The position numbers and the translations under genes are program-made. 47,764 nucleotides of DNA, taken from NCBI GenBank assembly GCA_045634725.1, contig JAZRAT010000057.1, positions 1 to 47,764 of the forward strand, in the 5' to 3' direction. Source of the DNA: Alistipes sp. (lineage in GTDB: Bacteria; Bacteroidota; Bacteroidia; Bacteroidales; Rikenellaceae). Positions 1-9,041 of this stretch are shown one piece after another; the first letter of the stretch is position 1, and each line of letters opens with the position of its first letter. The notes under the pieces are model-generated. The model saw only the letters and a program-made list of their open reading frames with translations. It did no database searches and was not told where the DNA came from.

Positions 1-1335
1 GCCTCCGACTTCCTTGTAGATGTCGCGCAGACGATCCGACATGAAGTATTGGAACACGCCGCGCAGCAGCATATACATCGAGAATGCCAACCAGATAGCG
101 TTGTTGCCTATCGCCCAGCGTGTGCCGTAGAGCAGTACGAAGAAGCATATCGATGCTCCGATCATCGAGTTACGCATGATGCGGCTTCGTGTAGCTCCCA
201 CCATAATGCCATCCATGACAAAGGGCATGGCGGCAGCTAGTGGGATAAATATTATCCAGCCTATGTACTCCTCAGCAACACTCTGTAGCGTAGCAACGTT
301 GCCCTGCTCGGGGCTTACCAGTAGTGCGAAGATGTCGCGCCACCAGCCGATGTAAACGCCTATGAATATGAACGATATGGCAAAACACCAGATAAGACAT
401 AGCTTGATGCATCGTCTTAGTGAGTTGGCATCGCGAGCTCCGATAAATCGTCCTGTTAGGGCCTCTGCTGCGTAGGCAAAGCCGTCGTTCATGTAGGAGA
501 ACAGTGTGAATAGCTGGAGTAGTATGGCGTTGACAGCCAGAATGTTCTTATCTCCACTATCTGCCGATGCCTTTGTGAAGAAGGTGTATACGGCAACAAG
601 GCAGAAGGTGCGAATGATGATGTCGCCATTGATGGCAAAGAAGCGGCGCATGGCACCTAGGTCGAATACCTCGCTACGGCTAACGCGCACCAGATGCTTG
701 CGGTACTTGGTGGTGATTATGATGACCATGATCACCACACCTGTCCACTGTGCCACCACCGAGCCGAGTGCTATGCCCTCGAGTCCCATGGTGCCAACGA
801 TCGAGAATAGGTAGCTGCAAGCGATGTGTATGAGGTTTACGACGATTGCCACAGCCATGGGTATCACGGCATTCTGCATGCCTGTGAGCCAGCCGTTGAA
901 GGCAAAGAGCATGATGCCCGCAGGTACTGCCCAGATGCGAGTGTAGAAGTACTTTGCTATGATGCTATCGAGCGATACGTCGTCGGTGCTCATAAATCGT
1001 ATCGAGAGCTCGCCAATGGGGTATTGCAGCATGAAGGCAACAAGGCCAACACCCAGAGCCACAACTATCGAACGCCAGAGCATCAGCGTAGACTCTCGGT
1101 CATCTCCTGCGCCGTAGGCCTGTGCTGTTAGACCGCTTGTGCCCATGCGTATAAACGAGGTGTTCCAGTATATGAAGTTGAAGATCGTGACACCTATCGA
1201 TAGTGCGCCGATGGTCGTTGCAGCGTCGTCACCACCCACACGCCCCGCGATGATGGTTGAGGCAATGCCCATGAGTGGTACGGTGATGTTCGATATGATG
1301 TTGGGTACGGCTATGCGAAGTATATCTCTATTCAT
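1..1335 (-). CDS. MATE (DinF-like) efflux transporter, C-terminus runs off the window edge
   Basis: Manual minus-strand translation from ATG at 1335: MNRDILRIAVPNIISNITVPLMGIASTIIAGR..., hydrophobic MATE-like N-terminus; the frame is still open at position 1. Absent from the ORF track, presumably because its stop lies outside the window. Confidence 0.88.
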   Translation of the reverse strand, partial: MNRDILRIAVPNIISNITVPLMGIASTIIAGRVGGDDAATTIGALSIGVTIFNFIYWNTSFIRMGTSGLTAQAYGAGDDRESTLMLWRSIVVALGVGLVAFMLQYPIGELSIRFMSTDDVSLDSIIAKYFYTRIWAVPAGIMLFAFNGWLTGMQNAVIPMAVAIVVNLIHIACSYLFSIVGTMGLEGIALGSVVAQWTGVVIMVIIITTKYRKHLVRVSRSEVFDLGAMRRFFAINGDIIIRTFCLVAVYTFFTKASADSGDKNILAVNAILLQLFTLFSYMNDGFAYAAEALTGRFIGARDANSLRRCIKLCLIWCFAISFIFIGVYIGWWRDIFALLVSPEQGNVATLQSVAEEYIGWIIFIPLAAAMPFVMDGIMVGATRSRIMRNSMIGASICFFVLLYGTRWAIGNNAIWLAFSMYMLLRGVFQYFMSDRLRDIYKEVGG

Positions 1336-1357
1336 CTTATACGGTTATTACGTGGTG

Positions 1358-1433
1358 CAAAGGTAATATATTTCGTGGTTTTTGGCATAAATTTTGTAAA
1401 AGTTTGTAAACATCGGAAAAATGGTTACCTTTG
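1358..1433. promoter_or_regulatory. Divergent Bacteroidota sigma-A promoters
   Basis: TACCTTTG on + at 1426-1433 with TTTG at 1403-1406 (19-bp spacer); TACCTTTG on - at 1358-1365. Confidence 0.7.
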
Positions 1434-1468
1434 CGGCGCATTATTTTTATATAAAGTATTTATTAACA

Positions 1469-2803
1469 ATGAAAAGCAAGAACTCAGACTCAACAAATGT
1501 ACTCTCACGCTTTGGTCGTGATAAGCGTCAGCGTATAGGCTCTGCGGAGCGTGTTGAGCGCAATCCTCGTCCTCGCCGTGAGGCAGATAATGAGGGTTTC
1601 AGCAACCAACGTGCCAAGAGCACACCATCTAGCGAGCGACGTTCGTCGTTCAACCCCCACTTTACATCGGACAATCGTCTTCGTCCTGAGTACGAGCGTG
1701 GCAACCGCGAGGAGCGCGGCTTTAGCTCAGATCGCCCACGTCGCACCGAGGAGCGCGGTTTTAGCTCAGATCGCCCACGTCGCAGCGAGGAGCGCGGCTT
1801 CAATTCAGAGCGTCCACGTCGCACCGAGGATCGTGGCTTTAGCTCAGAGCGTCCACGTCGCTCTTCAGAGCGCAGCAATAATTCGGAGCGTCCACGTCGC
1901 AGCGAGGAGCGTAGCTTTAACTCGGAGCGTTCGGAGAGCCGTCCACGCCGTACCGATAGCCGCAAGGGTGGCTTTGGTGCTTCGCAGGAGGGTCGTTCAC
2001 ACTCAGCCGATGGTAAGAAGCGCAGCTTCGCACCACGTCGTGATGACAAGCCACGCACATATCCTAAATATAACCCTAATAAGCAGACAGGCGAGATGCG
2101 TCTTAACCGCTTTATCTCGCAGTCAGGCGTATGCTCACGTCGTGAGGCTGATGACTTTATCCTTGCTGGAGTAGTCACCGTAAATGGTCAGGTGGTAACC
2201 GAGCTTGGTACTAAGATCCTCCCTACCGACGAGGTGCGCTTCAACGATGAGAAGCTTCAGGGCGAGAAGAATGTATACCTTGTACACAACAAGCCAAAGG
2301 GCTATGTGACATCGCTCGACGACCCACATGCCGACAAGACTGTGATGGACCTTGTGCGCGATGCTTGTACCGAGCGTGTGTATCCAGTAGGTCGTCTTGA
2401 TAAGAACTCTCTCGGCCTACTCCTTATCACTAACGATGGTGACATCACACGTCAGCTTACGCACCCATCATACCACAAGAAGAAGATCTACCAGGTGACA
2501 CTCGATAAGGCACTCACACGTGCCGACATGGATACTCTCACCGAGGGTATCACCCTTGAGGATGGCGACATCTTTGCTGATGAGATCGCCTATGCATCTG
2601 AGGATAAGCACACTGTAGGCGTTGAGATCCACTCAGGACGTAACCGTATCGTGCGTCGTATGTTCGAGCACCTAGGCTACACCGTGCAGAAGCTCGATCG
2701 TGTCTACTATGCAGGTCTTACCAAGAAGAATCTTAAGCGTGGTGCATGGCGTTTCCTAACTAAGGATGAGGTTATGCGACTTAAGACGGGTCAATACGAG
2801 TAA
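1469..2803 (+). CDS. rRNA pseudouridine synthase (RsuA/RluB/RluF family) with long disordered N-terminal extension
   Basis: S4 domain (MRLNRFISQSGVCSRREAD), NKPKG, catalytic VGRLD, GRNRIVRRM motifs; start placed at ATG 1469 after the promoter. Confidence 0.92.
   Translation: MKSKNSDSTNVLSRFGRDKRQRIGSAERVERNPRPRREADNEGFSNQRAKSTPSSERRSSFNPHFTSDNRLRPEYERGNREERGFSSDRPRRTEERGFSSDRPRRSEERGFNSERPRRTEDRGFSSERPRRSSERSNNSERPRRSEERSFNSERSESRPRRTDSRKGGFGASQEGRSHSADGKKRSFAPRRDDKPRTYPKYNPNKQTGEMRLNRFISQSGVCSRREADDFILAGVVTVNGQVVTELGTKILPTDEVRFNDEKLQGEKNVYLVHNKPKGYVTSLDDPHADKTVMDLVRDACTERVYPVGRLDKNSLGLLLITNDGDITRQLTHPSYHKKKIYQVTLDKALTRADMDTLTEGITLEDGDIFADEIAYASEDKHTVGVEIHSGRNRIVRRMFEHLGYTVQKLDRVYYAGLTKKNLKRGAWRFLTKDEVMRLKTGQYE
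1709..1942 (+). repeat. In-frame 39-bp tandem repeat, about 6 copies (EERGFSSDRPRRT-like)
   Basis: Unit GAGGAGCGCGGCTTTAGCTCAGATCGCCCACGTCGCACC recurs with variation at 39-bp period. Confidence 0.9.
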
Positions 2804-3093
2804 TTTTTGATGATAAGGCCGCATCTGTGACCTCTCAATCATTGGGCTGAATAGGAAATACGTCAAGTATGTCCTATCCAGCCCAATCTCTTAATCGAGG
2901 TCACATCTGCGACCTTCTAATCAAAAATTTTCGATGATAAGGCAGACATCTACTGCCGCTAGCAAAAAAGTGCCACCAATGGGACGTACCCAAGTACTAC
3001 CCATCGGTGGGATTTTTGCCGAGCGTTGTATCTGCAGCCTTCTAATCAAAAATTTTCGATGATAAGGCAGACATCTACGACCTTTATCTAATC
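2802..3093. repeat. Tandem array of ~128-bp imperfect palindromic elements: copy 1 (2802-2929), copy 2 (2926-3054), internally deleted copy 3 (3051-3093)
   Basis: Terminal inverted repeats AATTTTTGAT/ATCAAAAATT, nested inverted repeats, adjacent copies share AATT. Confidence 0.9.
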
Positions 3094-3103
3094 TTCTGTC
3101 GCG

Positions 3104-4138
3104 CTACTGCGCACCGAGCAAAGCCTCCAATCTGTCGACATCCTCGTCCGTTGTGGACCAGCTGGTGACAAACCTAACGATGCTCTCTTTATCGCCGCGG
3201 GGACCCCAATAGTCGAACGAGGCCTCGCGACGTAGGTCGTCGATAAGCGTGTTGGGGAGGCGGAAGAACTGCTGGTTGGTCGTTGAGGCGATAATGGGCT
3301 CATAGCCCGCCTTGCCAAATATCTCGCGCAGGCGCATAGCAAGACGCACGCCGTGGCTGCCAATGCGCTCGTACAACCCATCTCTGAAGAGCGTGGCAAA
3401 CTGCACGCCGAGTAGTCGTCCCTTAGCCAAGAGCGCTCCATGTTGCTTGACGAGTGGAAAGAGGTTCTTAAGCAGCGAGCGATTATTCACCACCACAGCC
3501 TCACCGAAGAGCGTGCCCACCTTTGTGCCACCAATATAGAATATATCTGCCAGGCGCGCAAGATCCGTAAGCTTAAAGTCGGCATTCGGAGCGCAAAGGG
3601 CATAGCCTAGGCGCGCACCATCAATGTATAGTGGTATGTCGTGCTTGTGGCACACCTCGCTAAGTGACTTAAGCTCCTCGAGCGAATAGAGTGTGCCATA
3701 CTCGGTAGGTTGCGAGATGTAGAGCATGCCTGGGGCGACCATGTGCTGGTAGGTCTCGTCCGAGTAGAACTCTGTGATGAAGTGCTCAACGTCCCCAGCT
3801 ACAACCTTACCCTCGTGGTGGGGTAGTGTGAGCACCTTGTGCCCCGATGCCTCGATGGCTCCCGACTCGTGTACCGCTATGTGTCCACTCTCGGCAGCGA
3901 GCACCCCTTCGTGGCGCGCCAGTACTCCATCAATTACCGTGGCGTTGGTCTGTGTGCCACCAACGAGGAACATTATCTCGGCGTTGGCATTCTCTATGGC
4001 GCGGCAGATTAACCTACGTGCCTCGGCAGTGTAAGTGTCGTTGCCGTAGCCTGCTGTAAGCTCAAGGTTGGTGCGCACAAGGGCATCTAGCACCTCGGGG
4101 TGCGCACCCGCCATGTAGTCTGAGTCGAAGCGTATCAT
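3104..4138 (-). CDS. ltaE: Low-specificity L-threonine aldolase (PLP-dependent, beta-eliminating lyase family)
   Basis: FDSDY N-terminus, GGTQTN, HIAVHESGA, DGARLG, GGTK PLP-lysine motif, RFVTSW. Confidence 0.85.
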   Translation of the reverse strand: MIRFDSDYMAGAHPEVLDALVRTNLELTAGYGNDTYTAEARRLICRAIENANAEIMFLVGGTQTNATVIDGVLARHEGVLAAESGHIAVHESGAIEASGHKVLTLPHHEGKVVAGDVEHFITEFYSDETYQHMVAPGMLYISQPTEYGTLYSLEELKSLSEVCHKHDIPLYIDGARLGYALCAPNADFKLTDLARLADIFYIGGTKVGTLFGEAVVVNNRSLLKNLFPLVKQHGALLAKGRLLGVQFATLFRDGLYERIGSHGVRLAMRLREIFGKAGYEPIIASTTNQQFFRLPNTLIDDLRREASFDYWGPRGDKESIVRFVTSWSTTDEDVDRLEALLGAQ

Positions 4139-4152
4139 CTCTGCAATTCTAT

Positions 4153-5805
4153 TTATCGTCCTATGATTGCTCTATGTGTGGTTGCCTCTGGTGCGATCAT
4201 CTGGAAAAACTCCTCGGCAGGGCTTGTCATCTCCTTGCTTAGCACGAAGTTATCGCCATAGTAGACCTCGCTAAGATTGCCCTCTTCATCCTCTGCCATA
4301 CCCGCGAAGAAGAACTGGTCCTCCTCGTCGAGGCTATAGTACATATCCATGATCTCAGGGTTGTTGGCGTAAGGATACATCAGAAGATCCTCGATGAATG
4401 CCTCGTGGCTATACTCGATCTTCATCCAACCCTCATACCACCAGAAGTAGAGCTTGTCGCAAGGGATATTAGTCTTTGCCTCGACAATGGCGACGCACTC
4501 GCACTCAGCAAAATAGTTATTGTATCGTGCATCTAGTGCAATGATCTCCTGAGCGTCAAACACTTTAACGATGTCGATAGAGGTGATCTCAACAGCACCC
4601 TTAGAAGCCTCCTCCGAGGTGAAGTATAAAGCAAAGAGGTCTGTTGTAGGGATCTGCTTCTCGGCATCAATGCCGAAGGCTATCACTGCATACTCGGTAG
4701 ATGGCATGAGTGGGGTGAGATTCTCGCTAATCACGCCGGTAAATACCGATGGGAGGAAGTTTTCGATGATTGTTGTCATCATCAGATAGTCATTATCTAC
4801 TGTTGGGACCTGCTCCTTAGAGATAAATACGCAGGCGTAGCTCTCCTCATTGTTCGAGGGAGTGACTGTTAGTTTTGCGTTGTAGGCTGTAATGTCGCTC
4901 ACCTCGATGTCGATAGTTAGGTCGCTCTTGCTCATCTCGCCCGATGCGAAGTAGGCTACCGTGGGCACAGAGTTGAGTATAGGGGTCTGATCATCGCTGA
5001 CGCTGAAGAGAATAATCGAGTATTGCATGTTAGGCTCTAGACGCTCTTCGATGGTCTGCCTGCCTTGCAAGCAGAAATCTTTGGCGGGTATGCCACTGTC
5101 GTTAATGAGGGAGTTGAACATGATGTAGGTGTTGTTGCGATACATCTCGATGTATGCTTCACCTACCTCCGTGCCCTCGGGAATATATTCGCGGCTCTGC
5201 TCCGATACTATATAATAGTAGTATAGACCATCGTAGCCATTAGGGTCAATGGCGATGTTTGCTACGTTGCCCTTCATTCTCGACTCCACCGAGAACTTTA
5301 CGTCGGTAAGCTCAGGTGTTGTAGTCTTTAGCTCGGCGTAGGCGATCTCTGTTGTAGCCTCATAGCTATCCCCGTTGAATGTTACTCCGTAGCAGTAGAC
5401 AACATACTCGGTGTTAGGGTAGAGGTTTGTGGCTTTGTAGTCTATCTTGTCGCCGCAAGTAAGCCACTGGGCCTTCTCTAAAAATTCGTGAAGCCCCATG
5501 CCATATTGTGCTGCGTAGCTCGATAGGAAGTTGTAGTCATCCTCGAGAAGCTCCTCGCGAGAGTCAATGCCATTGAGCACAAAGTGCTTCTTCTCGGCGA
5601 GAAGAAGGATGTACTCCATATCTTTGTCCTTGGGAATTATGTTTAGACTTAGAGAGGTGTGCGCAGTTCCCTCATCGGTAAATGCGAAGTTCTCAAATGT
5701 CGGTTTTTGGGGTGTTGGCTCTATTGGGTTGTCGTCGGTCGGGGTGCATGACACGAAAGCCGTGAAGCCCAAAAGAAACACTAGGTTGCGTAGTAATTGT
5801 CTCAT
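4153..5805 (-). CDS. Acidic lipoprotein with repeated FnIII-like beta domains, function unknown
   Basis: Signal peptide with lipobox FVSC; three L-x-P-(N/S)-(T/M)-x-Y segments typical of FnIII-like repeats. Confidence 0.75.
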   Translation of the reverse strand: MRQLLRNLVFLLGFTAFVSCTPTDDNPIEPTPQKPTFENFAFTDEGTAHTSLSLNIIPKDKDMEYILLLAEKKHFVLNGIDSREELLEDDYNFLSSYAAQYGMGLHEFLEKAQWLTCGDKIDYKATNLYPNTEYVVYCYGVTFNGDSYEATTEIAYAELKTTTPELTDVKFSVESRMKGNVANIAIDPNGYDGLYYYYIVSEQSREYIPEGTEVGEAYIEMYRNNTYIMFNSLINDSGIPAKDFCLQGRQTIEERLEPNMQYSIILFSVSDDQTPILNSVPTVAYFASGEMSKSDLTIDIEVSDITAYNAKLTVTPSNNEESYACVFISKEQVPTVDNDYLMMTTIIENFLPSVFTGVISENLTPLMPSTEYAVIAFGIDAEKQIPTTDLFALYFTSEEASKGAVEITSIDIVKVFDAQEIIALDARYNNYFAECECVAIVEAKTNIPCDKLYFWWYEGWMKIEYSHEAFIEDLLMYPYANNPEIMDMYYSLDEEDQFFFAGMAEDEEGNLSEVYYGDNFVLSKEMTSPAEEFFQMIAPEATTHRAIIGR

Positions 5806-5835
5806 TATTTTAGTTTTTTATTCATTAACCAGTGG

Positions 5836-5883
5836 CAAAGATAGTAAAAGATGGTGAAAAATAACAAATATTTCTTATATTTG
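5836..5883. promoter_or_regulatory. Divergent -7 promoter boxes
   Basis: TATATTTG + at 5876-5883; TATCTTTG - at 5836-5843. Confidence 0.6.
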
Positions 5884-5901
5884 CGAATAATTCCCAATAT
5901 T

Positions 5902-7785
5902 ATGAACGAGAACTACCAAGCCCGTATCGATCGTAGCGCAGAGCTATTGTTCGATTATCTCTCGGAGCGAGCTACTTCCGAGGAGGTTAGTCGCATGCGT
6001 TTTGCCTTTGACTTTGCACGCGAAGCACACAAGGATCAGAAGCGAAAGAGTGGCGAGCCATTTATCATGCATCCTATAGCTGTGGCGACAATCGTGGCGC
6101 GCGAGTTGGAGCTTGGTGACAACCCGATTATATCGGCATTCCTGCACGATGTGGTGGAGGATACCGACTACTCTGTGGAGGATATTCGCTCGCGCTTTGG
6201 CGACGATGTGGCATTCTTGGTCGATACCGTAACTAAGCGTAAGAAAGATAGTTACGAACATTCTAAGCAGGTGGATAACTATCGCCAGATACTCGAGTCG
6301 GTACACTACGATATTCGTGCACTGCTCATCAAACTTGCCGACCGTCTTCACAATATGCGCACGCTCGATAGTATGCGCCCCGACAAGCAGATGAAGATAG
6401 CCGGTGAGACCGACTATTTCTATGCTCCACTAGCCAATCGTCTAGGCTTGTATCACATCAAGACCGAGCTTGAGAACCTCTCGTTCCGCTATCGCTGCCC
6501 TCGCGACTTTGCCGATGTCGAGCGCATGCTTAGCGACGAGCGAACCTTGGATCGTCCTCGTCTTGAGCGTTTTACGGCGAAGATAAATGAGATTTTACGC
6601 GATGCAAATATCGAAGCACGTACCGAGATACGCTATCGCAAGCCTTATAGCATCTGGCGTAAGATGCAGTCGAAAGGGTGCGACATCAAGCATATCGACG
6701 GTAAGCACTACATACGAATCATCTTCCCCAATGGTATCAACCGTAGCGAGAAGGCTATGAGCCTACTTATCTACTCGGCACTCACCGACTACTTTAAGGA
6801 GAAGCCAGGTAGCGTTGCCAACTATATCGACGCACCCAAGGAGAATGGCTATCAGAGCTTCCATGTGAAGCTTCTTAGCGAGCAGGGTGTGTGGGAGGAG
6901 GTGCATATCTCCTCGGAGCGTATGGTGCGTAATTCGAGGTTGGGATGTGCCGCTGAGTGTACTGGGGAGAATGTGAAGGCGTGGTTGGAGAAGTTTAAGA
7001 CTCTGCTTCAGGAGATGGCTGCCGACAACCATGGCATGGAGTTTATGGATGGTGTAACGCTGAGCTTCTATAATGATGATATAATGGTCTTTACGCCAAA
7101 GGGGCGTGGTGTCATACTGCCCAAGGGGGCTACGGCTCTCGACTTTGCGTTTGAGATCCATAGTGAGGTGGGATCAAAGGCTGTCTATGCGCGCATTAAT
7201 GGCAAGCTGGAGTCGTTGCGTACGGTGCTTCATCGTGGCGACTGCGTGGAGATTGGTACAGCCGAGGATGCTAAGCCCGAGGCGGAGTGGATGGAGCATG
7301 TCTCAACATATCGTGCAAAACGCTATCTGCGAGGCTATTTTGCCAATATGCCGCGCTTGGAGTACGACCGTTGTGACAAGTGTCATCCGCTGCCTGGCGA
7401 CGAGGTTGTCTGCTTCAAGGCTATGGATGGTAGCGTGGTGCTCCATAAGCGTAATTGTCAGCATGCTATACGCCTTGCTTCGCAGCATGGCGACTCGATT
7501 TTGGCGATCAAAAATTTCCCCGAGAACGAGGCCTTCCTATACCCCGTGCGTATCCGCATCAAGGGTATTGATCGCTACCACCTTATGAGTGATCTTATCG
7601 ACTGCATCACCGATAAGCTACACCTCACCATGTCGTCGCTTGCAACCGAGAATATCGATCGCATTGCGATATGTACCATAGACTTTTCGGTACACTCGCT
7701 GCACGAGCTCCAGCAGGCTATGGATAGCATTGCGCATATTGATGGTATTGACGAGGTTATGCGTCTTGACGTGGCGAAAAGCTAA
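5902..7785 (+). CDS. Long RelA/SpoT homologue (HD hydrolase, degenerate synthetase, TGS, ACT)
   Basis: QKRKSGEPF, LHDVVEDT, IKLADRLHNMRTL, TGS (FTPKG...LPKGATALDFAFEIHSEVG), C-terminal ACT-like domain. Confidence 0.92.
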   Translation: MNENYQARIDRSAELLFDYLSERATSEEVSRMRFAFDFAREAHKDQKRKSGEPFIMHPIAVATIVARELELGDNPIISAFLHDVVEDTDYSVEDIRSRFGDDVAFLVDTVTKRKKDSYEHSKQVDNYRQILESVHYDIRALLIKLADRLHNMRTLDSMRPDKQMKIAGETDYFYAPLANRLGLYHIKTELENLSFRYRCPRDFADVERMLSDERTLDRPRLERFTAKINEILRDANIEARTEIRYRKPYSIWRKMQSKGCDIKHIDGKHYIRIIFPNGINRSEKAMSLLIYSALTDYFKEKPGSVANYIDAPKENGYQSFHVKLLSEQGVWEEVHISSERMVRNSRLGCAAECTGENVKAWLEKFKTLLQEMAADNHGMEFMDGVTLSFYNDDIMVFTPKGRGVILPKGATALDFAFEIHSEVGSKAVYARINGKLESLRTVLHRGDCVEIGTAEDAKPEAEWMEHVSTYRAKRYLRGYFANMPRLEYDRCDKCHPLPGDEVVCFKAMDGSVVLHKRNCQHAIRLASQHGDSILAIKNFPENEAFLYPVRIRIKGIDRYHLMSDLIDCITDKLHLTMSSLATENIDRIAICTIDFSVHSLHELQQAMDSIAHIDGIDEVMRLDVAKS

Positions 7786-7814
7786 TGTCGTAAAACGACG
7801 AATATAGAGTAGTG

Positions 7815-7845
7815 AAGAGATGGCTTTTTTGAGGTCATCTCTTTT
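7815..7845 (+). terminator. Intrinsic terminator
   Basis: AAGAGATGGCTT...AGGTCATCTCTT hairpin followed by Ts. Confidence 0.6.
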
Positions 7846-8024
7846 GCTCTTTAGAAAAGTGATTTGGTGGGCTGACGGGTGGTTGTAGCTGGCAGCTATT
7901 TGTGAAGGGTGGATATGTGTAGATAGGTAGGGTTGATGTAACCATCTTTTTGCGATATTTTGTAATAATCTTCTACGAAGATACGTTAGAAGAGAGAAAA
8001 AAATCGTATATTTGCAAGTTGATT

Positions 8025-9002
8025 ATGAAGAGGGCTTTTAACATAGTAATTTTTGCTGCCTTGGCACTCGTGGTGTCATGTGGCGGTGGTGGTGCATTTA
8101 GTGGCGATTCTGCCGACGAGCATGTTGTGGCAACGGTTGATGCTAAGGAGCTGTTGCTTAGTGATATAATCTCGGATATGCCCGAGGGTCTTGTTGGTGT
8201 CGATAGCGCAACATTCGTGAGAATGTACACTGATAACTGGGTGCTCAACCAGCTTAAGTTGCAGCGTGCCAAGGAGGTGCTTGCCTCGCATGATGACATC
8301 GAGGAGCTTGTTGAGGATTATCGACAGTCGCTCATCATGCGTCAGCTCGACCAGTACTATGTCGATCAGAATATCAATACCGACATCACTGAGCGTCAGA
8401 TTGCTGCCCACTATCGTCTTCACTCATCGCAGTTTAAGCTCGACCACGATGAGGTGCGTGGCGTTATCGTGCGTGTAAGAGAGGAGTTTCGCAATGTTGC
8501 AGCTCTCAAGGATGCAATGCGCAATGTGTCGAGTGGCGATATAGCCGAGCTCGGTGCCTTCGTTGAGAAGCACTCGTTGCAGATTACCGACCTCTCGTCG
8601 AGCTGGGTGACCTACTCCGACTTTCTGAGCTATCTGCCCACGGTGCGCACACGCTCCTATGATAACCTTCTTCAGCGAGGCTCTGTGCAGAGCATGACCT
8701 CGGAGGATATTGTCTTCTACTTTGTCATCACCGACATAGCTCGCAAGGGTAGTGTTGCCCCGCTGGAGAGTGTCGAGGATGATATTCGTCGTATGCTCTA
8801 CTCGGAGCGTAGATCGGAGATTGTTAACTGCTACGAGCAAGAGCTTAAGTATGAGGGTGTTGAGAGTGGTCGCGTAAAGATCGAGGATGAGGTGTTGTTG
8901 CAGTCTATCGGTTGCCGCCCTCAGATCAAGAGTGCTGAGATTAGCGTTGGCGAGGTTTCGGACGAGGTTCAAGAGGAGGATGTGACGCTGGCTCGCGAGT
9001 AA
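8025..9002 (+). CDS. Parvulin/PPIC-associated lipoprotein (SurA operon)
   Basis: Lipobox VVSC, VVATVD...LLLSDI N-domain, APLESVEDDIRRML C-terminal helix; directly upstream of surA; TATATTTG at 8007-8014. Confidence 0.7.
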   Translation: MKRAFNIVIFAALALVVSCGGGGAFSGDSADEHVVATVDAKELLLSDIISDMPEGLVGVDSATFVRMYTDNWVLNQLKLQRAKEVLASHDDIEELVEDYRQSLIMRQLDQYYVDQNINTDITERQIAAHYRLHSSQFKLDHDEVRGVIVRVREEFRNVAALKDAMRNVSSGDIAELGAFVEKHSLQITDLSSSWVTYSDFLSYLPTVRTRSYDNLLQRGSVQSMTSEDIVFYFVITDIARKGSVAPLESVEDDIRRMLYSERRSEIVNCYEQELKYEGVESGRVKIEDEVLLQSIGCRPQIKSAEISVGEVSDEVQEEDVTLARE

Positions 9003-9041
9003 GAGGTTAAAGTTTGATTTGTAATGCTAATGTTGTAAGAT

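Noticed and set aside
49-1366. Four short + strand ORFs
   Set aside because: Antisense shadows of the minus-strand MATE gene.
1528-2178. Repetitive 216-aa minus-strand ORF and 207-aa alternative-frame ORF
   Set aside because: By-products of the stop-free 39-bp repeat in the pseudouridine synthase gene.
2802-3093. Tandem repeats as a CRISPR array
   Set aside because: The intervening sequences are themselves palindromic and homologous to each other, units are ~128 bp, and no cas genes are present.
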